Origin: Chloroflexota bacterium
GTDB taxonomy: Bacteria > Chloroflexota > Dehalococcoidia > Dehalococcoidales > JACQON01
Assembly: GCA_016202545.1 (NCBI GenBank)
Contig: JACQON010000032.1
Span: 37,453 to 101,452, forward strand
Reading direction: 5' to 3'
DNA length: 64,000 nt
The notes under the pieces were generated by a model. That model had not been told where the DNA came from, did not search any database, and worked only from the letters and a program-made list of their open reading frames with translations. Positions 1-8,500 of the stretch are shown one piece after another. The first letter of the stretch is position 1; every line of letters starts with the position of its first letter. The translations under genes were made by a program, and so were the position numbers.

Positions 1-647
1 CTAGTCGTCACCGCGGAAACGAATCCGGTGTATTTGTTGTCGTAGCGCAGCGCCATTGTATTCTCAAAAGGCTTCCAACCAATGCCCTTTACGGTGATAG
101 TGATTGGTGTCCCTACCGGACCTTCGGTGGGACTGAGGTCGACGGTACGCAGGATACGAAACCCTGCCTTACCCACATCCTGTCCATCTACTACAGCATA
201 GATATCATGAATCTCTCCGTAATCCTCTGGGGCTACTAGATTGACGGTCACTTGTCCCTGGGCGTTGACAGTGGCCTTACCTAAAGGTACTCTTTTTGAG
301 ATAAACTTACGTTCCAGGAACAGCACATTCTCCGGTCCGGCATCAGTGGCAAAACTACCATCGTATGTAACCCAAACAAAATCCACAGGTTTCCCCGAGG
401 GGAGCCCGTCGCCGGTGATGGTAAAGGCTGTGCCTACCGGTCCCTTCTCAGGGCTGGTCTTCAGTAGCTTCAGAGGACCGAGCGAAGCTGGTGATGGATT
501 GACAACAGGTTCAGGTGGTGCAGTTTGGATTGGCATCTGGCTAGTTGTCGTTTTCGTTGACTCAGGTGTCGGTTGGCCAGTACAGGATAAGAGTAACAAG
601 CTTGAACAAACAATGCTAGCTGCTACCAAAATTAACCGGTGTTTCAT
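1..647 (-). CDS. Uncharacterised lipoprotein with repeated Ig/IPT-like beta domains (runs off the left edge; not in the ORF track)
   Basis: Manual translation from ATG 647 after SD GAGGAGG: MKHRLILVAASIVCSSLLLLSC (lipobox), Pro/Thr linker, then two SPxxGPVGTxxTITxxG motifs; frame open to position 1. Confidence 0.8.
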   Translation of the reverse strand, partial: MKHRLILVAASIVCSSLLLLSCTGQPTPESTKTTTSQMPIQTAPPEPVVNPSPASLGPLKLLKTSPEKGPVGTAFTITGDGLPSGKPVDFVWVTYDGSFATDAGPENVLFLERKFISKRVPLGKATVNAQGQVTVNLVAPEDYGEIHDIYAVVDGQDVGKAGFRILRTVDLSPTEGPVGTPITITVKGIGWKPFENTMALRYDNKYTGFVSAVTT

Positions 648-711
648 ATTTCCCCTCCTCTGCCTTTCCCTTGTCGTACATCTCGCTATATCGACGTCTT
701 TGATTCGTATA

Positions 712-746
712 GTTACGAGGGGAACCCATACGGTTCCCCTCGTAAC
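712..746. terminator. Perfect 15-bp hairpin between the two lipoprotein genes
   Basis: GTTACGAGGGGAACC-N5-GGTTCCCCTCGTAAC; no clear U-tract, so it may be an mRNA stabiliser. Confidence 0.55.
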
Positions 747-761
747 CAACCTTTGCGGGTG

Positions 762-1592
762 TTACTCGATAATGGTCAACCGCGACTCAATACCACGTGC
801 CGGCAGACTCACTGGTATCTGTTTGAAGGTGCCCGTTTTGCCATCATTGGTGGTGACTTCGATAGTGAAATCAAGTACGCCAAGTGGATAATCGGGCGGG
901 GCATCCCAGGCGGCCGTCCAAAACCAGGGTGCATCCTCAGTAGCTCCATGCCTGCCAAAGTTGAAATTCTTGGTTTCTCCATGGGGCAGCTTGAGCACGG
1001 CTGAGCTCACATCTGTCTTTTGCAGAACTTTGCTTGTGGTGGTATCTACTACCTCCATGCGCCACACTATATGCATACCCCGCTTAAAAACGCCATTGAT
1101 TACACAATAGCGACTGGCATCAACATTGTACTTGCTCTCACCGGGGCCGGCGGTGACAGTATCGACATAGAAGAAGAGGGGCACCGTCTTCGCTGGTGGC
1201 GGCGTCGGTGGAGGAGGAGGTGGAGGAGCGCCTGGCGTCGGAGGTGGCGCTGGTTGCCTGGGCGGTGCATTGGGAATAATTGTCCATACCATATTTTTCT
1301 TGAGTGTCGCCAGTTCCTGTTCTTTGGCGGTGATTTGAGCCTGCAGGGCGGCAACATCTTTTCCTAGTGCTTTTGCCGCCTCAAGTTCCTGCTTTAATGC
1401 CGTAATTTCCTGCTCTTTGGCGGTGACTTGAGTTTGCAAGGTGGCAGCGTTTTGCGCTTGTGCTTTTGCCGTCTCAAGCTGCTGCTTCAGCGCTTCGACG
1501 TCTTTTTGGGGCACGCCGCAGGCACTGGCTAGCGAAGCCACTATAACTAAGACCGCCAGTAACCCGCCTATTTTGCTTCGCCTTCCTTTCAT
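762..1592 (-). CDS. Uncharacterised lipoprotein: coiled coil, poly-Pro linker, C-terminal beta domain
   Basis: Lipobox LASAC, SD AAGGAGG, duplicated ~31-aa heptad repeat, PPPPPPP linker. Confidence 0.85.
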   Translation of the reverse strand: MKGRRSKIGGLLAVLVIVASLASACGVPQKDVEALKQQLETAKAQAQNAATLQTQVTAKEQEITALKQELEAAKALGKDVAALQAQITAKEQELATLKKNMVWTIIPNAPPRQPAPPPTPGAPPPPPPPTPPPAKTVPLFFYVDTVTAGPGESKYNVDASRYCVINGVFKRGMHIVWRMEVVDTTTSKVLQKTDVSSAVLKLPHGETKNFNFGRHGATEDAPWFWTAAWDAPPDYPLGVLDFTIEVTTNDGKTGTFKQIPVSLPARGIESRLTIIE

Positions 1593-1910
1593 ATTCTATC
1601 CTCCTTCATGCTCTTATTCCCTTATGTTTGTTTTTAACGCTGAATTTTCTTGCCTCAGAAATGGCAATGCGGTCTCCAGAGTGCGCGCGCCTTTCCAGAT
1701 ATTCTGACCGTACAGCAGGCAATCCGCTTAATATGATAGCAAACAATACGGCTGGCGTGAATACTAAGAAGACAGTATCTTTGGTACTTAATAGTGATGA
1801 ACCTTGCCCTGTACCTTTGATGATGGTGCGCTCTGGCATGAGCCAGGAGCCTGATTTTCAGCCGGTAGAGAGGGGGCATTTCAGAGCTTTGGCGTACTTT
1901 CGTACGCGCC

Positions 1911-3215
1911 TCAGCCACTCAGCAGCAGACTGGGAAACCACAGGGCGAGCTGCGGGAACATCACCATGGCGGCAACCAGAAGCAAAGTGGTAATTATGAA
2001 GGGAAGAGCAGCCAGGGCCACCGTCTCCATTGAGTATTTGGGGACTATGCCGTGAAGCACAAACAGGGTCATGCCAAAAGGCGGGGTGACGTTGCCAATA
2101 TCGCCCAGCATGACATAAAGCACACCCCACCACACAAGGTCGATATTATACGCCGAGATAATGGGCATAACGAAGGGGAAGGTCAGGAATAACATTTCCC
2201 AGGAGCCCATGAAGCATCCCAGAATGAGGTACATTACGATGAAAAGAGCTATGGTGCCATATTTCCCGATGGGCAGTCCCAGCACGAATTCGGTGATTTG
2301 CCCGGTAATCCCCATCATGTTAAGGGCATGGGCTAGTCCTACCGCCATGGCATAGATAAAGATGCCGAAACTGGTTACCCTCACTGCGTCGTAAAGGCTT
2401 GTCTTGAGTATCGCCCAGCTAAGTCGTTTGTATACTAGGGCCAGGGCCATGCTGAGAAAAGCGCCCAGAGACGCCGCTTCGGTGGGGGTCATGACACCCC
2501 CGAAGATAGACCCCAGGACCCCGAACACCACCAGCAGAAAGGGGAATATTCCCCTCAGCGCGAGTAGCTTTTCCCGCCAGCTATACCTGGGTGGTGGGGG
2601 AGCCAGATTGGGGTTGAGCTTCACCATGATTATAGCGGTCATTATATAGAGAAAACATAGTATTACTCCCGGCACCAGCGCCGCCGCAAAAAGGCTCACC
2701 ACGGAAACACCCTGCCATGTGCCATAAATAATCAGGAGTATGCTGGGTGGAATAAGTGGGGCCAGGGTAGCCCCGATGGCAATGGAGCCGAGGGATAGCC
2801 TGGGGCTGTACCCCCTGGTTTCCATGGGAGGAAAGGCGACCTTGCCGAAAACAGATGTCGCCGCCATGCCAGAACCGGACATAGCGGCGAAGATGCCGGC
2901 AGCGGTGAGAGTGGTACACGCCAGGCTTCCGGGCAGGCGGTCCAGCCATTTTTCAATCCCAGCAAAAAGTGCTTCAGCAACGCCGGTATTGGCCAGGATT
3001 GTGCCCATAAACACAAAAAGGGGCACTGCCGTAAGCGTGAACGAGTTGGCGGCGTCCCACGAGCTCCAGATAAGCTGGTTGAATGGCTGACCGACAAACA
3101 AGACAAAGGTCACGGTGGCGGCTATGCCGATGGACCAGGCGATTTCCAGGCCTATGGCCATCAGGATAACCATGACCGCCAGGGCAATAAGGACCAGCGT
3201 TATCTCGGGAATCAC
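1911..3215 (-). CDS. dctM: TRAP transporter large permease
   Basis: AVPLF, SGSG, LIPPS, TPTE and TPPFG motifs; many TM helices. Confidence 0.95.
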   Translation of the reverse strand: MIPEITLVLIALAVMVILMAIGLEIAWSIGIAATVTFVLFVGQPFNQLIWSSWDAANSFTLTAVPLFVFMGTILANTGVAEALFAGIEKWLDRLPGSLACTTLTAAGIFAAMSGSGMAATSVFGKVAFPPMETRGYSPRLSLGSIAIGATLAPLIPPSILLIIYGTWQGVSVVSLFAAALVPGVILCFLYIMTAIIMVKLNPNLAPPPPRYSWREKLLALRGIFPFLLVVFGVLGSIFGGVMTPTEAASLGAFLSMALALVYKRLSWAILKTSLYDAVRVTSFGIFIYAMAVGLAHALNMMGITGQITEFVLGLPIGKYGTIALFIVMYLILGCFMGSWEMLFLTFPFVMPIISAYNIDLVWWGVLYVMLGDIGNVTPPFGMTLFVLHGIVPKYSMETVALAALPFIITTLLLVAAMVMFPQLALWFPSLLLSG

Positions 3216-3721
3216 GGTTCCTTTCCTTCACTGGTCGCCGGGGATTTTATGCTTTTGACCAGGTCGGTAACCACTACCAGAAATAGCAGGGAAGTGGCAA
3301 TAAGCCAGACCAGCCGGGGCCATTCCAGGGGTAGGCGCAGCCAACTGCTGCTCCTCTCGCCAAACTGGTGCGAGCGTGCCCATAGGTCGTAACTACCCAG
3401 GATGAGCACCGGGACGAAGGCGGTGGCGATGAACAGGGTTACCACCCTCAGCCGGTTTCTGACCCTGGCGGGGAGGTGACTGATGATAAACTGGGTGCGG
3501 ATATGCCCTTTTTCCGTCCAGGTGAAGGCCAGGCCGATGAAGGCAATGGCGGCAAGCATAAGAGCTCCAATTTCATCGGCAATCCTGAGCGGTCGGCCAA
3601 AAACATATCTGGCGACCACTTCAGCCATAACCATGACCATCAGGATGAAGACCAGACCCGCCGAAAAGTCCCGACTCAATGCGTTGGATATGACTTCGAT
3701 AACGCGAGCGGCGCGCTTCAT
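3212..3721 (-). CDS. dctQ: TRAP transporter small permease
   Basis: 4 TM, EVVARYVF...DEI...GHIR; start placed at MKRAA after GAGGAG. Confidence 0.9.
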   Translation of the reverse strand: MKRAARVIEVISNALSRDFSAGLVFILMVMVMAEVVARYVFGRPLRIADEIGALMLAAIAFIGLAFTWTEKGHIRTQFIISHLPARVRNRLRVVTLFIATAFVPVLILGSYDLWARSHQFGERSSSWLRLPLEWPRLVWLIATSLLFLVVVTDLVKSIKSPATSEGKEP

Positions 3722-3791
3722 CTTCGTCTCCTCAAAACAGGGGAAAGAGGCGATAGTCAATATCTACCGCCTCTTTCCCTATGCGCTTGCT

Positions 3792-4949
3792 TCAGGGTGT
3801 GGCCTTGAAAGCCCTGAACTTGGCTAACTCCTCCTTGACAATTGCCAGGACCTCCGGCCCCTGCGGACCAGCCGTCTTGAGCCACTCCGCCTCTACCGGC
3901 TTCATAAGTTCTACGGCTTTAGCAATCTCCCCCGGCAACAGGGTATTGATTTCAATGGCGCCACGCCCCGCGGCGTATTCATCCTCCATCTCCCCTTGGA
4001 CCACCCCAAGGTGAGTCATCACTGCCATCTCCCAGGATATCTGTTTGAGTATTTTTTGCAGGTCAGGGGGTAATGAGTCATATGTCTTGGCATTCATAAA
4101 AATCGTTTGGAAGGTAGGAGAGTGAATTGGCAGTCTGGTTACAACTTTGGCGATGTCCCCCCAGCCGATTTGATAGCCGTAGGCTACCCCTGATGCTGCG
4201 GCATCAAGAAGCCCCGTCTTCAGCGCTCCGGGGACTTCGGCGGCAACCATGGTCACCGGCGCGGCCCCCATCGCTTCCAGGGCCTTGGTCTGCATGAGGC
4301 CGGAAACCCTCACCTTCAGCCCTTTCATTTCGGCCAGCGTGGTAATTTTCTTGTTGCCCCAGAGAGCATAGGTACCGCCGCCATAGGTGTCAGCCAGGTC
4401 GACAAGGCCGAAGCCTCTGTAATATTTATCCATTATCGCTTGTAGCTTGGGGCTCTGCATCACCTGCTGCAATTCCAGCGCCCCGGTGACCAACTCCGAG
4501 GATACCAGTCCGGGGATGCTCTCCCAGACCGCTAGAGGGAAAGTCCCTGAGAACCAGGCTAGCCAGTCGTTGCCCAGGTCGGCCTTGCCTGCGCCTATAG
4601 CAATAGGTATTTCCATGCTGGGGAACATCTTGGGAACAATCTTAAGTTGTATCCGCCCGTTGCTCGCCCAATAGAGGTACCGCTGAAACTCGCGGCCAGG
4701 CGCAAATACCTGGGAGAACTGCGCCCTGCCATGTACGTCATCCCAGGCGAAGTTAAGCGTGTAGACCTTATCTGACGTCGGAGTTGGCGTCGAAGTTGGC
4801 GTTGGAGTTGGTGCCGGCGCCGGAGCTGTCACTGTGACCGTGACTGTTGGCGCCGGGGCTGGTGTCGGCGCCGGCTTGGCACAGGCAACCACTACGGGCA
4901 GTGCCAGCAACGCCAGGACCAGGCTTATGATTACCAGTTTCCGTTTCAT
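3792..4949 (-). CDS. dctP: TRAP substrate-binding lipoprotein
   Basis: Lipobox VVAC, PAPT linker, MKGLKVRV, YDSLPPDLQKI. Confidence 0.92.
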   Translation of the reverse strand: MKRKLVIISLVLALLALPVVVACAKPAPTPAPAPTVTVTVTAPAPAPTPTPTSTPTPTSDKVYTLNFAWDDVHGRAQFSQVFAPGREFQRYLYWASNGRIQLKIVPKMFPSMEIPIAIGAGKADLGNDWLAWFSGTFPLAVWESIPGLVSSELVTGALELQQVMQSPKLQAIMDKYYRGFGLVDLADTYGGGTYALWGNKKITTLAEMKGLKVRVSGLMQTKALEAMGAAPVTMVAAEVPGALKTGLLDAAASGVAYGYQIGWGDIAKVVTRLPIHSPTFQTIFMNAKTYDSLPPDLQKILKQISWEMAVMTHLGVVQGEMEDEYAAGRGAIEINTLLPGEIAKAVELMKPVEAEWLKTAGPQGPEVLAIVKEELAKFRAFKATP

Positions 4950-5060
4950 GTTTCCTCCCTGAATATTCTTTCAACCATTGGGTATCTCATCTTCACCTCA
5001 GTCTCATAGATTGTCCATCTCACTTACCTCCCGTTTAATCGCAAGACCGTTTTTTTGATT

Positions 5061-5819
5061 TCAAAGCTTCTTCCTGGCTGCCGTCTCGTCCTCATAGCCG
5101 AGTCTTCCCAGCGCTCTTATCTTGTCCAGGTATTCCAGGAAATTGTCATCGCGTATAGCCTTGCTGGTATCATACTGGTCAAAGTGCACCAGGCTTTTCA
5201 GCGGCAGGCGGTGGGGAGGGCCGGGCTGGTACGCCCGGTATCCCACCGGAACAATGAAGCTCAAGCGTGACGGCTCGGGATACTTCAGGATTTGTCTGTA
5301 CGATTCCTGGGTGCAAACATCTACTCGCTGTGAGCCGAGGCCGAGCGCGGCTGCGGCAAGGTGCAAAATCATGCTGACATGGCCCATGCTGGAAGCGAAT
5401 ACGCTTAGGCTTTCGCCATTCAGGTCTGACCGTGCCGCCAGCACCGAGCCAAACATTTTCCTGCCGTCCTCGACAACCATTATGTACACCGGGGCGTCTT
5501 TCCAGCCGCATACCATCTGCCTGGCTTTATCTTTCTCTTCGGGGGGCACGTTGAATGCCGGATGTCGGTACCTTGGAGCGCGCTGTTGCTCCAGATGGTA
5601 AGTCAGCTCGAAGTTGGCCAGATAGGCATTGAAAATCCCCTCTTTTATTTTAGCGTCCTTTACCACGATAAACTCCCACGGCTGAGAGTTACCCCCGGAC
5701 ATGGCGTAGTGCGCTGCGTCCAGGATTTTCATAATGGACTCATCGGGAATGGGGTCTGGCTTAAATACCCGTATGCTCCTTCTGTATCTCAAAAGCTCAA
5801 GTAATTCGTCGTATTTCAC
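5061..5819 (-). CDS. Nitroreductase-family flavoprotein
   Basis: RRSIRVF, SGGNSQPWEF; GTG start 5819 after GGAGG. Confidence 0.9.
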   Translation of the reverse strand: MKYDELLELLRYRRSIRVFKPDPIPDESIMKILDAAHYAMSGGNSQPWEFIVVKDAKIKEGIFNAYLANFELTYHLEQQRAPRYRHPAFNVPPEEKDKARQMVCGWKDAPVYIMVVEDGRKMFGSVLAARSDLNGESLSVFASSMGHVSMILHLAAAALGLGSQRVDVCTQESYRQILKYPEPSRLSFIVPVGYRAYQPGPPHRLPLKSLVHFDQYDTSKAIRDDNFLEYLDKIRALGRLGYEDETAARKKL

Positions 5820-5829
5820 CCAGTACCTC

Positions 5830-6918
5830 CTACTTCTGGTAGAAGCTCTCCTCCATTCTAGACTTGAGGCCTTCCTTGGCCAGCTCTTTCTCAAATAGCT
5901 CCCTTACGTCAGGGTCTTCATTGAAGTATTCAATTACGTTATGACGTTCAGCCCATTGTCCATCTTGCAAGAATCTATACGTTTTGCCGCCCCAGCGGAG
6001 GGCCACCTGCATCACCGGCTCCCGGCTGGTGACGAAGTGCTGGTGGAACCAGTTCTCCACAGGTGAAATTACCGACCCCTTATGCCAGTCAAACTTTTGT
6101 TTCCCTTCCCCTTCAGGCCACATCAGGGAGTAACCCCTGCCGCTCAGGACAAGGACATGGGCGCCACCTTCATGGCGGTGTGCCTGCATATAGGTGCCCA
6201 CTTCATACTGGGTAATATGCGCCTCCATGGTGTTGCCGCTTAACTCCAGGTTTATATACTTGGTGGAACCCAGCACCGACCCGTGTAATGTGGCAGGGAC
6301 AAAGGTCCGCACGTCTTTAACAAGATTGCCCTCCCAGACCGCCCCCACTGACTTGAGAACATTGCCTTTGCTATCCGAGAGATAGAAGGCTCTGCCATCG
6401 CCCTTGAAGTAGTCCTTTTGCCCGGCGTACCTGTCCTTGAAGGCGAAGTCGTTATTAAAGATAAAATCCGGATTGTGAAACAGGTTCATGAATACCGGGG
6501 CGCCGTTGACGGCCAGAAATCTCGCCGGCTTCTTGGCATCCCTGTTAACCAGCCGGTGCCAGCAGTTCAGCGGTGGTGAGAACAGGCTGCCCTCCTGCCA
6601 CTGAAAAATTTGCTCGGCGATGCCTTCGCCCCACACTGTAGTGGCGCCTTCGCCCGACCAGATGAAGATGAGCTCTTCGAACAGGTGCCTCTCCGGTTTA
6701 AGGCTGCCCCCCGGAGGAATCTCGCAAATATAGGCGCCGGTCCTGCCATCAGAGCCATGCAGGTGGAGGTAAGCCCCCAGGCCCCCCATCCTTTTCCAGG
6801 GTTGTAACGGGACTTTCATGGCGTCATCGACGCTATACCCCTCGATTACGGGTATCCCCTCTTGCTTTATCCATGCCTCATAGGGGTTTGTTTCTGCCAC
6901 TACTGGTAGTTCTGCCAC
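5830..6918 (-). CDS. Bicupin (gentisate-dioxygenase-like fold), function unknown
   Basis: Two cupin motifs, ERHLFEE...WH and HRH...H...WFHQHF. Confidence 0.85.
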   Translation of the reverse strand: MAELPVVAETNPYEAWIKQEGIPVIEGYSVDDAMKVPLQPWKRMGGLGAYLHLHGSDGRTGAYICEIPPGGSLKPERHLFEELIFIWSGEGATTVWGEGIAEQIFQWQEGSLFSPPLNCWHRLVNRDAKKPARFLAVNGAPVFMNLFHNPDFIFNNDFAFKDRYAGQKDYFKGDGRAFYLSDSKGNVLKSVGAVWEGNLVKDVRTFVPATLHGSVLGSTKYINLELSGNTMEAHITQYEVGTYMQAHRHEGGAHVLVLSGRGYSLMWPEGEGKQKFDWHKGSVISPVENWFHQHFVTSREPVMQVALRWGGKTYRFLQDGQWAERHNVIEYFNEDPDVRELFEKELAKEGLKSRMEESFYQK

Positions 6919-6969
6919 GTTCTCCTCCTGTATTTTGCTATCTGTTTAACCCTTCTCGTTTGGCTTCGC

Positions 6970-8385
6970 TCACAGGTTTATGCCATACTTCTGCCACTGC
7001 GCTTCCACCCTGGCTTTAATATGCGGGTCATTACATAAAGCCGGCGGCTCAGCGCCTTCGGCCCGGTATTCCTCGACGGGCATGGTGGCGTCTACCCCCC
7101 ATTTGGCCGTCCAGCCGCGCCTGGAGATGGGTTGAGAGGGGTCCAGCCCGAGCTCAGGGCAGCGGGGGGCAATCATGATATCACGGTCCGGCTGCACGTG
7201 GGTAGCTATCGCCCATTCCACATGGGCGGGATTGCGGACGTCCACGTCTTCATCCACCACCACGACGTTCTTGAAGAAATAGGCAAGCTCAACATCTCCC
7301 CAGACTGATTGAATTATTTCATTGACATAGCCGGGCCATGATTTCCGGACGGAGACGATTAGCTTGAAGCAGCAGGCCGGTAGAGGAGCGTGGACATCTA
7401 CCACGCCGGGGATTTTCTTGAGCTTGGAATAGGCGAGGCCTTCCAGGCCCAGCCACCAGAGGATATTACCTTCTGACGGCCATCCCTCCCTTTGTCCGTG
7501 GAATATCGGATTACTTCTGTGGGTGATGACCTTCAGGTGGAACACATTGGCGCTGCGCTCCGCCGCCATGTAGCCGGGGTACTCTCCGAAGGGGCCATCA
7601 GGCTCCAGTTGTTCGGGACGGACCTCCCCTTCCAGTATGATTTCCGCTGTGGCTGGCACCTGTAAATGGCAGGTCTCGCATTTTACCAGCTCAAGAGGCT
7701 CCTGCCTCAGCCCTCCCACGTAATCGTCTTCGCCGGGCGGATGGCTGAGCTTCGACGCCGCCGCCAGCAGGTAGGCTGGTTCGGTGCCGATGGCAACCGC
7801 TACCGGCATTGGCTTGCCGGGATACAGGCGCTGCCATTTTTGCAGGTGTCGCTGTCCGTGCTGGCCGTAGCACATGAGCAGGCCGGTCTCGTTTTTGGTG
7901 CGGTACATCATCCGGTACATGCCGGCGTTTTGCACTCCGGTCTCTGGGTCTTTGGTTACCACCAGCCCCAGGGTGCCGACGAAAGGGCCGCCGTCTTCCT
8001 CATGCCACTGTACCGGAGGGAAAATGGCATTGATATCAGCTTTATCACCGGTCAGGATGTTTTCCTTGCACGGGCCGGTTTTGACCGATTTGGGTGGTAT
8101 GGGATGCTCCGTTCTCCTCACCCATTCTGTGGCCATCTCCTTCCCGCCGAGGGAGTCCATTTCCAGGGCTAATGCCAGGTGTTTCACTGTGCCGATGGCT
8201 CCGGCCAAAACCGGGACTTTGTGGCCTTTAACGTTTTCAAAGAGGACCGCTGGCCCCTGTTCCACCGCCAGCTTATTGGTAACGCCGTTTATCTCCCAGG
8301 CGGGGTCTACCTCGGCCTTGACCCTGACCAGCAGGCCCTTTTTCTCCAGCACTGCCATGAACTGCCTCAAGTCCCTGTATGCCAT
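6970..8385 (-). CDS. UbiD-family prFMN-dependent (de)carboxylase 1
   Basis: YRDLRQF, GPAVLFEN, NAGMYR, DGPFGEYPGY, VVVDEDVD, DPS. Confidence 0.95.
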   Translation of the reverse strand: MAYRDLRQFMAVLEKKGLLVRVKAEVDPAWEINGVTNKLAVEQGPAVLFENVKGHKVPVLAGAIGTVKHLALALEMDSLGGKEMATEWVRRTEHPIPPKSVKTGPCKENILTGDKADINAIFPPVQWHEEDGGPFVGTLGLVVTKDPETGVQNAGMYRMMYRTKNETGLLMCYGQHGQRHLQKWQRLYPGKPMPVAVAIGTEPAYLLAAASKLSHPPGEDDYVGGLRQEPLELVKCETCHLQVPATAEIILEGEVRPEQLEPDGPFGEYPGYMAAERSANVFHLKVITHRSNPIFHGQREGWPSEGNILWWLGLEGLAYSKLKKIPGVVDVHAPLPACCFKLIVSVRKSWPGYVNEIIQSVWGDVELAYFFKNVVVVDEDVDVRNPAHVEWAIATHVQPDRDIMIAPRCPELGLDPSQPISRRGWTAKWGVDATMPVEEYRAEGAEPPALCNDPHIKARVEAQWQKYGINL

Positions 8386-8455
8386 CGCTATTCTCTCCTG
8401 TTCGTGTTCTTTGTCGGCGGTTTGCCAAGAGGCGGTGCGCTTATGCCGTGGTTAC

Positions 8456-8484
8456 TTTATATCATAGTGCCGGGCTGGCGTCAA
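8456..8484 (-). promoter_or_regulatory. Sigma70 promoter of the ubiD-cupin-nitroreductase-TRAP operon
   Basis: TTGACG-17nt-TATAAA with extended TGn. Confidence 0.65.
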
Positions 8485-8500
8485 TGCCGCCTTATTCCCG

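Noticed and set aside
241..1004. + strand ORFs 241-891 and 639-1004, and the many other antisense or overlapping ORFs in the track
   Set aside because: They are shadows of well-supported genes on the opposite strand or in another frame, with no motifs or RBS.
1606..1839. 77-aa ORF, or a riboswitch in the lipoprotein leader (contains CTCTGGAGA)
   Set aside because: No SD and it overlaps a likely promoter; the rest of the glycine or Moco riboswitch consensus is absent.
4770..4875. Short tandem repeats in dctP genes (also 15255-15335 and 1195-1265)
   Set aside because: They encode ordinary Pro/Thr/Ala lipoprotein linkers.
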